Source of the DNA: Octopus bimaculoides
Taxonomy: Eukaryota
Direction: 5' to 3'
Length of the DNA: 63,865 nt
Assembly: GCF_001194135.2 (NCBI RefSeq)
Contig: NC_068985.1
Span: forward strand, 106,013,424 to 106,077,288
A program made the translations under genes and the position numbers. Of this stretch, positions 1 to 12,515 are shown piece by piece. The stretch's first letter is position 1; each line of letters starts with the position of its first letter. The notes below the pieces were generated by a model. That model had not been told where the DNA came from and searched no databases. It saw only the letters and a list, made by a program, of their open reading frames with translations.

Positions 1-323
1 AATAATCAACAATTTTGCCGGGTAGCTCAGTATGAAAAAACCTTCTTCGGTAAAAATTTATAATCATAAATATATAGGGATTGACAGTAACCTGCTTCTC
101 CAACATACTGAGAATTTCGAAATAGCAGTCAAAGAACTACTGATTTCAAAACTACAAATTATTACTCCAGATTGATAGCGATGATTATTAATTTTATTAC
201 TAATTGACGATTCCCTGCCCTGCATATCTATATATATATATATATATATATATCTCATCATCATCATCATTGCTTAACGTCCGACTTTCATATATATATA
301 TATAATTGATTTTCTTTTAACAG

Positions 324-605
324 GTGAAATCTCCAAAGTTAGCAGCACCCTCATCAGCTGAGCCAGCAGTGAAACCCTCACAGAAGCCACCACATGTCAC
401 TAAAGAGGACCAACCTAAGCGCAGGGACAGCTACAATATTTATCAAACTGCTGATAACCAAAATACCTCACAAGATTTCAAACAACAAAGTATGCAGGTT
501 CTTACAGAATTAAATTCTCCAAAACCTAGTCTTCACATTGTGCCAAACGTTACTAAGGGCCCCTTAGATGGTTCCTTAGACACACTAGCCGAAGCTGAGA
601 TTAAG
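324..605 (+). CDS. FBF1: FBF1 orthologue, first coding exon visible in the window (internal exon, phase 0/0; gene starts upstream)
   Basis: ttttaacag|GTG acceptor; AAG|gtaat donor; 282 nt. Low-complexity P/S/K-rich peptide ending LAEAEIK, in phase with the next exon. Confidence 0.75.
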
Positions 606-1541
606 GTAATGCACACATGTGTCGGTTGTGTTTATGTTTATACTTGCACACATGTTACATGGTTGATTATACATTATACATACAATCAATTGTACATGCA
701 GTACATACTTGCGTTTACATATACAACTCCTACATGCAGATATACTTGTTTATGCATGGAAAAACATGCACATAACTCTTTTGAGGCCAATCCACTGATC
801 ATTACTTGTTCTATGATTCAAAATTCCTGTCTTAAAATGATCTACATTAAAATCTTTCTTCAAAATTCCATGATCACTTATTCCAAACACCAGCTTAATA
901 ATCCTTTCTACTATAGGCACAAAGCCAGAAATTTGGGGAGGAGGGGACTAGTCGACTACATCGACCCCAGTATGTAACTGGTACTTAATTAATCGACTCC
1001 GAAAGGATGAAAGACAAAGTTGACCTCAGTGGAATTTGAACTCAGAACATAGTGATGGGTGAAATACCGCTAAGCATTTCATCCAGCATGGTAACAATTC
1101 TGCCAACTTACTGCCATAACACCAGCTTACTAACGACAATATTATTTTACTAAATTCTTCATTATTTTAAAAAACTGAAACAAAGGTATTATATTTCAGC
1201 ATAAATATGGTAACGAAAAGCAATCTGGTGTTCTTGTACCCTGTAATGGACAGATCTTAAAAAGTGGGTGCACCAGGTTTCTTATAATATATAATTATAT
1301 TCAGAGACAAGATGATTATTTATTTGTACAAATTCTTTTATTTAGTATTAGTCATGTTGTTAGAGATACATTCCATATTTCAACAGAAAAATGATGACCA
1401 AAGGGTTAAATACTGTTCCCCAATGCCACCTCAACTCACTGTACCATATTTCTGCAATCCCTGTGTAACCTCCTGTATTATATTCTGTGTACCCCACCAG
1501 TGTGGTCTGCTTCTATCTTCTGTGTTTATGTGTCTCAATAG

Positions 1542-1642
1542 ATACACCGTCTTCAAATAGAGAAGGAACATTTGACTATGTTAAATGAAACTGTCCAGAA
1601 ACGATGCAACGAAGAGATAAAAGCTGTTGAACAATCATATAA
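1542..1642 (+). CDS. FBF1: FBF1 coding exon (phase 0/2), not in the ORF track
   Basis: tctcaatag|ATA ... TAT AA|gtaagt. Encodes IHRLQIEKEHLTMLNETVQKRCNEEIKAVEQSY(K), resembling the start of the FBF1 coiled coil (human VRKLELERAQHELL...DLELIESAHR, from memory). Confidence 0.85.
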
Positions 1643-1659
1643 GTAAGTTACACACACTG

Positions 1660-1716
1660 ACCTCTCTCTCTCTTTCTCTCTCTCTCTCTTTCTCTCTCTC
1701 TCTTTCTCTCTCTATC

Positions 1717-1763
<47 letters not shown>

Positions 1764-2220
1764 TTCTCTCACTTTCCACTCCTGTTAGGTGTTCTGTCTC
1801 TTTCTTTTTCATTCTCATTCTTTCTCCGTTTTCTTGTGCTTATCTTTCTCAGTTTCTCTCTCAACCTTCTCCTCTCTTTCCCCTCTTTCTCTCCTTTCTT
1901 TCCCCTCTTTCTCTCCTCTCTTTCCCCTCTTCTTCTCCTCTCTTTCCCCTCTTTCTCTCCTCTCTTTCCCCTCTTCTTTTCCTCTCTTTCCCCTCTTCCT
2001 CTCCTCTCTTTCTCCTCTTTCCCCTCTCCTCTCTTTCCCCTCACCTCTTTCTCTCTTCTCTTTCCCCTCTCCTCTTCTCTCCTCTCTTTCCCCTCTCCTC
2101 TCTTTCTCTGATGGTTGTCTGTGTGTATATGTATGCCTCCCCCTCTCTCTTAGTTTTTCTGTCTTTCTCTTTCTCCCTCTGATTATTATCTGCCTGTCTC
2201 CACCTTCCATCTTTGTCTCT
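1660..2220. repeat. Polypyrimidine (CT)n plus CTCTTTCCC minisatellite
   Basis: About 560 bp almost entirely C/T on +; it generates the spurious R/E/K/G and S/L/P/F ORFs. Confidence 0.9.
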
Positions 2221-2305
2221 TTGCTCTTAAAAAGTTAAAGACATGTAACAGACTCAACCAAAGGACAGCTGGAGATATTCAGAAGCGTTTTTCATTCCTT
2301 TCCAG

Positions 2306-2620
2306 ATCCAGATTTCAGTTAATTGAGGATACCCAGCAGGAGAGAGAGGTTAGGTTGAGGCAAGAAAATGAAGAACTCCTCAAACAAAATCTTGAAAAAA
2401 TCTGCCGCCTTGAAGATGAGAAATCTGCTTTGATACAACGTCACTATGCAGCACTGGCAGTATTTGAGAAAGAGAAAGCTGCCGAGATACAGCAACTACG
2501 GGAAGCCCATCGTCTAGCTTTGCAGCAGGAAAGGCAAGATTTTACTGAGACAATCAACAGAGTGAAGGAAGCTAAGCTTCAAGAATTGGAAGCAATTAAC
2601 AATTTCCAGTCAACAAATAG
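2306..2620 (+). CDS. FBF1: FBF1 coding exon (phase 2/2)
   Basis: cctttccag|A TCC AGA ... AAT AG|gtaag. Encodes SRFQLIEDTQQEREVRLRQENEELL...NNFQSTN, matching the FBF1 motif SRIKVLE..QQREERLRRENEEL. Confidence 0.9.
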
Positions 2621-2868
2621 GTAAGATGGCCCATGAAAATCTCTTATATTTCTTTAGCATCATTGCCTTTGTCGCATAATAGACACCCAGTATACTCTGT
2701 AGAGTGGTTGGCATTGGGAAGGGTATCCAGCTGTAGAAACCAAGCCAAAACAGATGACTGAAGCCTAGTGCAGCTCTCTGGCTTACCAATTCCAGTCAAA
2801 CTGTCTAACTCATGCCAACATGGAAAACAAACAGTGTTGATGATAATAATGATGATGATGATGATGAT

Positions 2869-3663
2869 GGTCATGTGGTGAGAATGGATGAGGATAGCTG
2901 TGTGAAAAAGTGTCACACCGTAGTGGTTGAGGGAACCTGTGGAAGAGGTAGACCCAGGAAGACCTGGGATGAGGTGGTGAAGCATGACTTTTGAACATTA
3001 GGCCTCACCGAGGCAATGACTAGTGACCGAGACCTTTGGAAATATGCTGTGCTTGAGAAAACCCGGCAAGACAAGTGAGATCATAACCCGTGGCCTATGC
3101 CAGTGGTGTAACCAGCCCACTTATGCATACCTTTCCTTCATTGGGCACCAAACTCTGCTTGTGAAAACCTGTTGAGGCAAATGAAATCAAAATCAAATTT
3201 GATGACAGCACCGCATGACTGGCATCCATGCTAGTGGAGCGCTAAGAGCACCATCCGAGCATGATCGTCGCCAGGGTCACTGACTGGCTCCCATGCCGGT
3301 GGCACGTAAAAAGTACCATTTGAACGTGATCGTTACCAGTGTCGCCTTACTGGCACGTAAAAAACAACATTCGAATGAGGTCGTTGCCAGTGCTGCTGGA
3401 CTGGCTCCTGTTCAAGTGGCACGTAAAAAACACCATTTGAGTGTGGCTGTTACCAGTACCACCTGATTGGCTGTCGTGCCACTGGCACGTAAAAGCACCC
3501 ACTACACTCTCGGAGTGGTTGGCGTTAGGAAGGGCATCCAGCTATAGAAACTCTGCCAGATCAAATTGGAGCCTGGTGCAGCCATCTGGCTTGCCAGTCC
3601 TCAGTCAAACCGTCCAACCCATGCCAGCATGGAAAGCGGACGTTAAACGATGATGATGATGAT
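2869..3663 (+). mobile_element. 5'-truncated RTE-clade LINE (ORF2 end + modular 3' UTR + (GAT)n tail)
   Basis: Encodes GHVVRMDEDSCVKKC...EGTCGRGRPRKTWDEVV (RTE C-terminus), then repeated modules and the aggaagggcatccagctgtagaaa...gttaaacgatgat tail. An older tail-only copy sits at 2683-2868. Confidence 0.88.
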
Positions 3664-4272
3664 GAATCCTGTCAGAATTTCTCTGTCTCTCTCAAAAATT
3701 TGGACTCTTATTCTACTATTATATAACTATACTTCATCACATAACCTCTACATCTACTACCATCACACAACCATGCTACGATTAACTTTCTTTGCTGTAG
3801 GTACCATTCACTAATATCGCGTGGCCATAACTCCATAACCAACTTCTACTTTACTTATCATGCTCTGCCATCTCTTGCCTACACCTGCCTATACTCTTAC
3901 AATCATTACAGGCCACACCACTATCACCTCTACTGTAGCTATCATCACATGTTTGCATCTTTCTCACCTACTCTGTTATATTCTACTACCATGCGACCAT
4001 ATTACTTTTATCTTTCTTTACTCCATCACATATCTGAAACACCTTCACCAACTTTTACTCTTATTACTGTCCAGTTCTGTTATAAGTCCATAACACCATC
4101 ATCTGCTTCTATTGTAGCTACCAGCCTCTACTGTTACATATCTATGTCTTACCAGCCTCTATTGTTACATATCTGTGTCTTACTTCTACCTTAGCTACCA
4201 CCATAGGGCCAAGCCTACCTACCATCAACTGGCATCATGTGTGCTTCAGATTATCCACTGTTCTCTTTATAG

Positions 4273-4654
4273 ATCTCTAAATATTGTGATGGAGAAAATG
4301 AATACAAATGCTGAAGAACTGGGTCAGTTTCAACAGAAGTTAGACAGGTGGCAGAATCAAGGGTTGGACGAGAGAGAAGTGTCAATACGCAACCGTGATG
4401 AACAGCTGAAGATGTTGCAAGCAAGGTTGAACAGGCAGCAGGAAGAAAATGGACGTGAGAGACTACGACTGGAGGCCCTGATTGAAAGACTGGAATGTCA
4501 ACTTCACAGTCAGACCCAGCTGTTGGAGGACGAGAAATGGAAAGTGAAGCAAGAGGTGAACAAGTACCAGGCATTGCAGGTGTCTGTTGAGGCTGAGAAA
4601 CGGTTGTGGGAAGAAGATCAGGCCAGAGAGAAGGCTGCTCTTGATAAATGCAGG
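4273..4654 (+). CDS. FBF1: FBF1 coding exon (phase 2/0)
   Basis: ctctttatag|A TCT ... TGC AGG|gtaagt. Encodes SLNIVMEKM...EREVSIRNRDEQLKMLQARL...LLEDEKWKV, matching FBF1 ERELGIRQRDEQLRALQERL...LLEQERWRV. Confidence 0.92.
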
Positions 4655-4771
4655 GTAAGTACACGTTTTTAATTAGTTGTATGTCAATCAACATATATTG
4701 TAGTGAAATGTGGTGAAAATATTGGTTCTTAACATAGACACAAGGCCACAAGATTTGGGATAAAGTGTATA

Positions 4772-5030
4772 CAATGAAGTAGTTGTATGCTGTCAACTTA
4801 ATGTGGCAGTCCCCTGAAGGGAATAATACTACTGTTGGTTAGACCTAGGAAGCTGCACCGCTTCTTGTCAGCCTTGACACATTTCCTGTGTCCTAATGTT
4901 TACAAGGGAGAGACAGGAAATATGTCAAGGCCGACAGGAAGTGGTGCAGCTTCCTAGGTCTAACCAACAGTAGTATTATTCCCTTCAGGGAAATGTCACA
5001 TTAAGTTGACAGCATACAACTACTTCATCG
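4772..5030. mobile_element. Palindromic MITE (118-bp arms) with TA target duplication
   Basis: 4772-4889 is the reverse complement of 4913-5030 with 8 mismatches counted by hand. TA at 4770-4771 and 5031-5032 suggests Tc1/mariner-type insertion. Confidence 0.85.
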
Positions 5031-5696
5031 TATCACTACTGCATAAATCTCTCTGAGAGATTTAGAAATGTATTATTTCTAAAAGTGTATATAGTTAGTT
5101 AAATTAAACCCAGGATTTGACTGGAGCTTGTTCTATTGACCCCAGAAGAATAAGAAACAAAATTAACTTTGACAGGATTTGAATTCTTTAATGTAACTAA
5201 ATACTACAAGATATTTTGTCTGATAGTCCACCACTTTTTATGATGGTGATAATAATAATAATTTTTTTCTATCATAGACACAAGGCCTGAAATTTGGGGG
5301 AAGAGGTTAGTCGATTACATCAACTCGATTGCTTGACTGGTATTTATTTCATTGGCCTCAAAAGTATCAAAGGCAAACTCAACCTTGAGAGAATTTGAAC
5401 TCAGAACATAAAGACAGACAAAATGCCAGTAACCATTTTGGTCAGAATGCAAATGTTTCTGCCAGCTCACCATGGTTTCAATTTTAGGCACAAGGTCAGC
5501 AATTTTAAAAGGAAGGGGTAAGTCAATTACATTGACCCCAGTGCTGAGCTTATTAGTCCTGTAAGGATAAGGGTCAAAGTTAACCCCAGTGGAATATGAA
5601 CTCAGAACAAAAAAAAGCCAAATAATGTTTGAAAGATGCTGCTTTGTTATATTTCAGATTTGTCAAATAGTTGATGTATATATATACTTGTGTACA

Positions 5697-8290
5697 TCAT
5701 CATCATTTAACATCCGTTGTCCATGTTGGCATGGTGGGTTGGATGGTTTGATCAGGGCTGGGAAGCTGGAAGGCTGCACCAGACTCCAGTCTGATTTGGC
5801 ATGGTTTCTATGGTTGGGTGCCCTTCCTAATGTCAACCACTCCGAGAGTGTAATGGGTGCTTTTACATGCCACCGGCACAAATGCCATTTGCATGATACC
5901 AGTATCTGCTATGACTGTGGTTTTGCTCGACTTGATGGGTCTTCTTCTCAAGCTTGACATACCAAAGGTCTTGGTCATTGCCTCCGTGAGGCCAAACTCG
6001 AAAGGAGCTCAGCCACTTTGCCTTCGTAAGGCCCAACGCTCGAAAGATGCTTTTTATGGGTCTTCTTTTCAAGCATGACATAATGTCTCGGTTGTTGCCT
6101 CTGTGAGGCAAAAAACTTGAAAGGAGCTCAGCCACTCCGTGAAGCCCAGTGCTCGAAAGGTGCTTTTTATGTGCCAGTAACATGACACCAGCATCAGCCA
6201 CAACTATGATTTCACTTGCCTTGACAGATCCTCTTAAGCACAGCACATCACCAAAGGTCTTGGTTGCTAGCCGTGAGGCCCAAACTTCAAAGATCATGCT
6301 TCACTACCTCGTTCCATGTCTTCCTGGGTCTACCTCTACTACAGGTTCCCTCCACAGTTAGAGACTGGAACTTTTTTACACAGCTGTCCTCATCCATATG
6401 CATCACATGACCATACCAGTGCAGTCAATTCTTGCACACCACATCACATGCCTCTTATTCCCAACTTTTTTCTCAAGATGCTTACACTCTGTTGTACATG
6501 CACACTGACATTGCACATCCAGTGAAGCATACTGGCTTCATTTCTTTCAAGCCTGCACATGTCCTCAGCTGTCACAACCCATGTTTCACTGCCATGTAGC
6601 ATAGCTGTTCACACACAGCATCATACAATCTGCCTTTCATTCTGAGAGAGACGCCCTTTGTTGCTCTGTGAACTTTGCCCAGCCTAATCTTATTCTCACA
6701 GCTATGCTCTCAGATCATCCAACTCTGCTACTAACTTGGTCACCTAGACAACGGAAGCTATCTACTACCTCTAGCTTAATCCCCCTGGCAGTTGATGGAG
6801 TCTATTTTCTGTGCATTTTTGGTGTTTATTGTACTTGTGCATCTTCCACATACAAAGGCTATTTTCCCCGTTAACCTTCCTCTAATGTTGCTGCACTTTT
6901 TATGTGTCCAAAGCTTACATTAGGTGTATCTTATGGAGTTTCTACCTATGCCTTTTCCACAGATCAAGCAGGACCATCTACCTGAAGAGATTTGTAATTT
7001 TCTGCCTTCCTACTTACTAAGACTTTGGTTTTTGCTAGGTTAACTCTAAGGCCCTTCAATTCTAGACCTTGCTTCCTGACCTGAAACTTCTCTGGTTCTG
7101 GTAGTGATAAGATCATCAGCATAGAGGAGCCCCCAGGGGCAGCCTATCTTAAATTCCTGTTATTGCCTGGAGGAGTATGTTGAACAAGAGGGAGCTGAAG
7201 ACCAATCCTTGGTGAACCCCTTCTTGTACCCTGAATTCTTTACTGTACTCGTTGCCAACTCTCACCTTACTGATAGTGTCCTTGTACATGGTTTGTACAG
7301 TTCTCACCAACCACTTGTCTATCCCTGGTTTCTGCATTGACCACCAGATAAGAGCTTGGAGGACCCTACCAAAGGGTTTATCTTTGGCTATGTATTTCTC
7401 TTGCAGCTGCTTTACCAGAAATATAGCATCAGTCATGCTTCTCCCTGGCACAAAACCAAACTGCATCTCATCTAGACTAACTCTCTCCCTAATTAGTTGG
7501 GCTATGGACTGTAACTTTCATCACCTCATCCAACAATTTGATACCTCTATAATTATTTCTATTCAAGGCATCACCTTTACCTTTGTAACAGTTGACTATG
7601 GTGCTGCTACACCAGTCATTACTTCATGAACCATCTGATTTACAATACAAGTGACTAGACCCTAACCTACACCGTTAGATATTTTAAGCATCTCAGCAGT
7701 GATTTTTGATGCACTGGGGGCTTTCCTTGTCTTCACATCCTTAATTGCTTTATCTATCAGGGTACTGTCAATTCAGGTAGCTGGTCCCTCAAGTGGGTCA
7801 ACATTTGGCAGACTTTCCCCCTCTCATTCATTCTCTACATTCAGCAGTTTTTCATAATGGCATTTCCAAGCCTCTTTCTTTGCAGAATCATTAAATACAA
7901 GTGCACCATCATCCATGCAGATACATTTCTCTCCCATGACATCATAATTTTCTCTCACACACTGTATTGCAATCTGAAACACTTCAGTTCTTTGGTCCTC
8001 CTGTTGCTGAACATAGGCAAACTTATTTTCTGCTAGATAAACTTATTATTTTGGCTAGATATACCAGTCTCCTAGCTTCCCTTCTGGCTATCTGATACAG
8101 TTCCCTGTTACCCCCACTCTTCCAGGCCTGTTTCTTTGCTCTAATGGCCCTGTACAGCATCGTTCCACCACATTTGGTCTGTGGCACTCAGCAAGCTGTC
8201 CCTCAAGAATTCCCTCTATGTCACAAGCCTGTAGCTCCTCCTCTCTCTCTCATCAAATTTCTCAATTAGGATGTCTCTAACTTGTGTACA
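5697..8290 (-). mobile_element. Degenerate ~2.6 kb RTE LINE (RT domain to 3' tail) in an FBF1 intron
   Basis: ORF 7149-7466 encodes QFGFVPGRSMTDAIFLVKQLQEK...GVHQG (RT motifs). Further frameshifted RTE-like peptide upstream; RTE 3' end and (GAT)n tail near 5700-6500. Confidence 0.85.
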
Positions 8291-8483
8291 GATTTATGTA
8301 TGATGTGGATTGGACGACAGATGAATGTCATAATGGTGATGGTGGCAGTGATGGAAATGAAAAGATGATGTGATTTTGAAAAATGGTAATTGGGACAGTG
8401 GTTATTATCTAACCTCAGGCCAGTCCTGAACTAACAGGTGTATGATCAAAGATGCTCCAAATATGACCATCTTTTACTCAGTC

Positions 8484-8529
<46 letters not shown>

Positions 8530-8696
8530 AGATTACAATATCTGATGTGTTTTCCATTTTTAAGACAACTGGGTGTGGCTTGTGAGACTTAATTGCTATT
8601 TGTAGCATACAAGCTTCCTCATTGTTGATGGTTGGTTGCAGTTATGGATGTTAAATATGGCTCTAATTCTGTGTATGTTTGTTCTATTGATGATAG

Positions 8697-8840
8697 AATG
8701 ATCTTTTGGAAGAACAGAAGAGACTAATGACACAATTAGTTGAAGAACGACGAACTTTGGCTGAGGAAAAAATCCAAGCAGAAGTGTCACAGAAACTGTG
8801 GAAAGAACGAGAACATCAAAATATCGTGAAGGCTGCCAAG
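8697..8840 (+). CDS. FBF1: FBF1 coding exon (phase 0/0), not in the ORF track
   Basis: gatag|AAT ... GCC AAG|gtaaag; 144 nt. Encodes NDLLEEQKRLMTQLVEERRTLAEEKIQAEVSQKLWKEREHQNIVKAAK (cf. FBF1 ALLEEQKSVMLKCGEERRRLAAE). Confidence 0.88.
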
Positions 8841-8986
8841 GTAAAGTGGTAATGCTGACTGTCTACATTTCCTTGTTTTGTCTTAAAACTTTTCTTATAT
8901 ATCTACTTGTATATGGTTCTGTTCTTAAGAGGTCTGTTGCCCAACCTTGTGGGTTTGCATTCAGTTCTAGACGAAAACTCTCTCTT

Positions 8987-9076
<90 letters not shown>

Positions 9077-9416
9077 NNNNNNNNNNNNNNNNNNNNNNNN
9101 NNNNNNNNNNNNNNNNNNNNNNNNNNNNNNNNNNNNNNNNNNNNNNNNNNNNNNNNNNNNNNNNNNNNNNNNNNNNNNNNNNNNNNNNNNNNNNNNNNNN
9201 NNNNNNNNNNNNNNNNNNNNNNNNNNNNNNNNNNNNNNNNNNNNNNNNNNNNNNNNNNNNNNNNNNNNNNNNNNNNNNNNNNNNNNNNNNNNNNNNNNNN
9301 NNNNNNNNNNNNNNNNNNNNNNNNNNNNNNNNNNNNNNNNNNNNNNNNNNNNNNNNNNNNNNNNNNNNNNNNNNNNNNNNNNNNNNNNNNNNNNNNNNNN
9401 NNNNNNNNNNNNNNNN

Positions 9417-9490
<74 letters not shown>

Positions 9491-9658
9491 TGCATAAAAA
9501 TCCATGAGTAAAAAAAGCAGGCACTCTCATTAATAGAGTGAGCATATTATTTTTAACAATACAATATTATATTCTCATTATCAGCCTCTTGTGTGTGTGT
9601 GTGTGTGCGCGTGCTCACACACACACACATAGTTGATTGTTTTTACTGTTGCTTACAG

Positions 9659-9877
9659 ATTGAAACTGAGTTTGATGTGACAATGAAGGCCCTTTCTGAA
9701 GAAAACGAAAAATGTGCCACACAGAAAGAGATTTTAGACACAGAACAGAGGATGTTGGAAAAAGAACAGAAAAAATTGAACAAAGAGAAGTCACTGTTTG
9801 AAGAAGAGAAGTCCCAAGTTTTCAAAATGGCAGCTGAGATCAGAGAACGGTCTTTACAAATAGAGTCTTTATATACA
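9659..9877 (+). CDS. FBF1: FBF1 coding exon (phase 0/0)
   Basis: gcttacag|ATT ... TAT ACA|gtaagt; 219 nt of E/K-rich coiled coil, IETEFDVTMKAL...IRERSLQIESLYT. Confidence 0.88.
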
Positions 9878-9983
9878 GTAAGTTGATACAGCATTTGTTA
9901 TTTACCACAAAGGTCAGGGAAATGTTACAATGGATACTACACTGCATAACTAATGCAGCTATTATTTCAATGCTGTCATTTTA

Positions 9984-10145
9984 GGTGCAGGCATGGTTGT
10001 GTGGTTAAGAAGGTTGCTTCCCAACCACATGGTTTCGGTTTCAGTCCCACTGCACAGCACGTTGGGAAAATGTCTTTTACTGTATCCCTGGGTAAGCCAA
10101 AACCTTGCAAGTGGATTTTGTAAACTGAAAGAAGCCCATTGTATG
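9984..10145 (+). mobile_element. tRNA-headed SINE, second family (CORE-like accttgggcaagtgtcttcta segment)
   Basis: ggttgtgtggttaagaag..cttcccaaccacatgg..gggttcagtcccactg consensus. Copies lie at about 19738-19890 (+), 19950-20080 (-), 36800-37180 (+, interrupted), 54585-54760 (+) and 57640-57740. Confidence 0.8.
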
Positions 10146-10734
10146 TGTGTGTTTTGTATATATGTATATATTATATATATATATATTGTGTCTACACTGT
10201 TACTCCCTCCACCACAACCCTCTCATAACTGTGAATCTGTTCCAATCATCGTGCTTTACCTCTTCTCATCACCTCACCTAAGATCTTACATCCTTTCTCC
10301 TATTCTCCTTTAGTTATTGGAACCTTTTAGTCTTACAAGTTGTAAAGTGGCTTTATTAGTGCTGATGCCAAGAAAAAAACACCCATTACACACTGCAAAG
10401 TGGTTGGCATCAGGAAGGACATCTGGTGGTAGAAGCAGGCATTGGAGTATGATGTGGTACTCTGACTTGCCAAATCCTGTTGAACTTTTCAATCCATGCC
10501 AGCATGTTAAATGGTAGTGGTGGTGGCCATTGTTTGTAAAATGTGAGCAGAGAGATAATTCCATATGGAGATTGCTATATCAAGGAGGAAAGATTGAAGG
10601 AAAAGTGCTTAATGCAGATTTACATATCAAAGAACCATGCTTTACTTTTCTCTCTCTGATCAAACTAAATAAAAGGATATTGCAAGAGGTTAGATTCAAC
10701 TGTCTCACCACAATGACCCAATAAATCTAATTAG

Positions 10735-11160
10735 ATTTGATTTCAACATCATCTCCTTCATTGGATATGAAACTCGGCTTGCGAAGACCTGTTGGGGCAA
10801 GCGAAAGCGAAATTGTGATGGCACCTGTGCCCAGCGTCGCCTTTCTGACACATGTAAAGACATTCGAGCGAGATCATTGCCAGTGCCGCCGGACTGGCTC
10901 ATGTGCAGGTGGAATGTAAAATACACCATTTTGAGCGTGGCCGTTGCCAGTACTGCCTGACTGGCCTTCGTGCCGGTGGCACATAAAAGCACCCACTACA
11001 GTCTCAGAGTGGTTGGCGTTAGGAAGGGCATCCAGCTGTAGAAACTCTGCCAAATCAGATTGGAGCCTGGTGTAGCCATCTGGTTCACCAGTCCTCAGTC
11101 AAATCGTCCAACCCATGCTAGCATGGAAAGCGGACATTAAACGATGATGATGATGATGAT
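10735..11160 (+). mobile_element. RTE 3' UTR fragment with (GAT)n tail
   Basis: Same modules and tail as 2869-3663. Confidence 0.8.
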
Positions 11161-12104
11161 TCACAATTCCACTGTTAGTTGGTACATTTTTATGTCTGCT
11201 TTCTATGCTAGCATGGGTTAAATGTTTTGACAGAATCAATGTTACTCCACTGTTTCAGTTTTGGCATGGTTTCTATGACTGGACATTCTTACTAATGCCA
11301 ACCTCTTAACAGAATGTACTTGGTACTTTTTTTTTTGTAGCACCAACTTTAATGAGGTTGCTTTGTAACTTACAAGACTGAAAGGGAGAATAAGAAATAG
11401 AACGGTTGCTTTATGCAAAGTGTTTGGAGGTTAAAGGCAAGAACTGGTTTGTTGTGGGGAGAGATTTGTGGCTACTTCACATTTTACAAAGGTTGGTGGG
11501 AGTTGCAGGAGTGGTATCGAAAGAAGAGGTGTACATGGTGGTGATGAGGTGCCAGAGTGTACCTTCAGCATAATGTATCTAACAAAGTGACTAGATGTTT
11601 ATAGGAGTAAACATAGTATATGGAAAACTGAGATGGGGTGGTTGATGGTAATAATGAGTTGGAGATAAGAATGAGGGGAGTAGCTCAGAGGAAAGGGAGT
11701 GGTGACTGAGAGTAGAGGTGGCAGCACAAAAATGATGATTTTATATTGTAAACAGTAATAAGTTCTATTTTCATTACTTATGATAGCAGAATAATACAGT
11801 TGATAAGAAAGTGGTGAAGGGAATGACTGTTTGGGAGATGAATGGTGGAATTAAAGAATGGTGAGAATTATAATACAGTCCTCGCCGAGACAAGAAGTTT
11901 TTACACTATAATGTCAACCTTTCCCAACAATATTTTATACCTTTCTTCAGTGCAGTACTCTTTCCCATTACTTTGAAGAGGCTAAAAGTGTATAGGTGAT
12001 TTTTTAAAATTCAATGTATTACTGGTACTTCATTAAAGCCAGTGGGATGATCTCTCTCTCACCAGCTGCTAACAGTGATTTTCCTGTTATCTTTCCCAAT
12101 TTAG

Positions 12105-12515
12105 AATGCCAACAGAGTAAAAGAGGAAGGTGAATTAGCCCTCACCAAAAGCAGCAAACTTGATATGGAGCATAAACAACGATGGAAAGACTTGCTGAAG
12201 CAGATGGATTTGTTGACTGAAAGGGAAAAAGAGTTGGCTGAACAACAGATTAAAATACATCATGAGAGACAGGGTTTGGAAGAACTACGAAAGAGCCATC
12301 TTTGTTTGCGGTGCCGAGTACCAATGACTGAAACCAAGTTGGCAACTCAAGGACTTTCCACTATGGCTGCAAGTTTAAAAACTTCAGAGAAACTTCCATC
12401 TATGTTTGTTCCTGTCCAAGTGAGCAACACACTGCAACAGACAAACTTCCAAGATACATTGGATAGTATGGTAACTGACAACTGGCTAACACAATGGAAG
12501 ATACATTCTCTCAAG
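12105..12515 (+). CDS. FBF1: FBF1 coding exon (phase 0/0)
   Basis: cccaatttag|AAT ... CTC AAG|gtgag; 411 nt. Encodes NANRVKEEGELAL...WKIHSLK (cf. FBF1 SEKYEEGERAL). Confidence 0.88.

Noticed and set aside
606-977. Continuation of ORF 324-977 beyond the donor
   Set aside because: Read-through into intron (CA/TA-rich sequence and a SINE); the FBF1 frame continues at 1542.
1769-2238. Several 90-150 aa R/E/K/G- or S/L/P/F-rich ORFs
   Set aside because: Translations of a CT minisatellite.
3262-3500. Repeated modules superficially resembling a CRISPR array
   Set aside because: Eukaryotic context, no unique spacers and no cas genes; they are part of the RTE 3' UTR.
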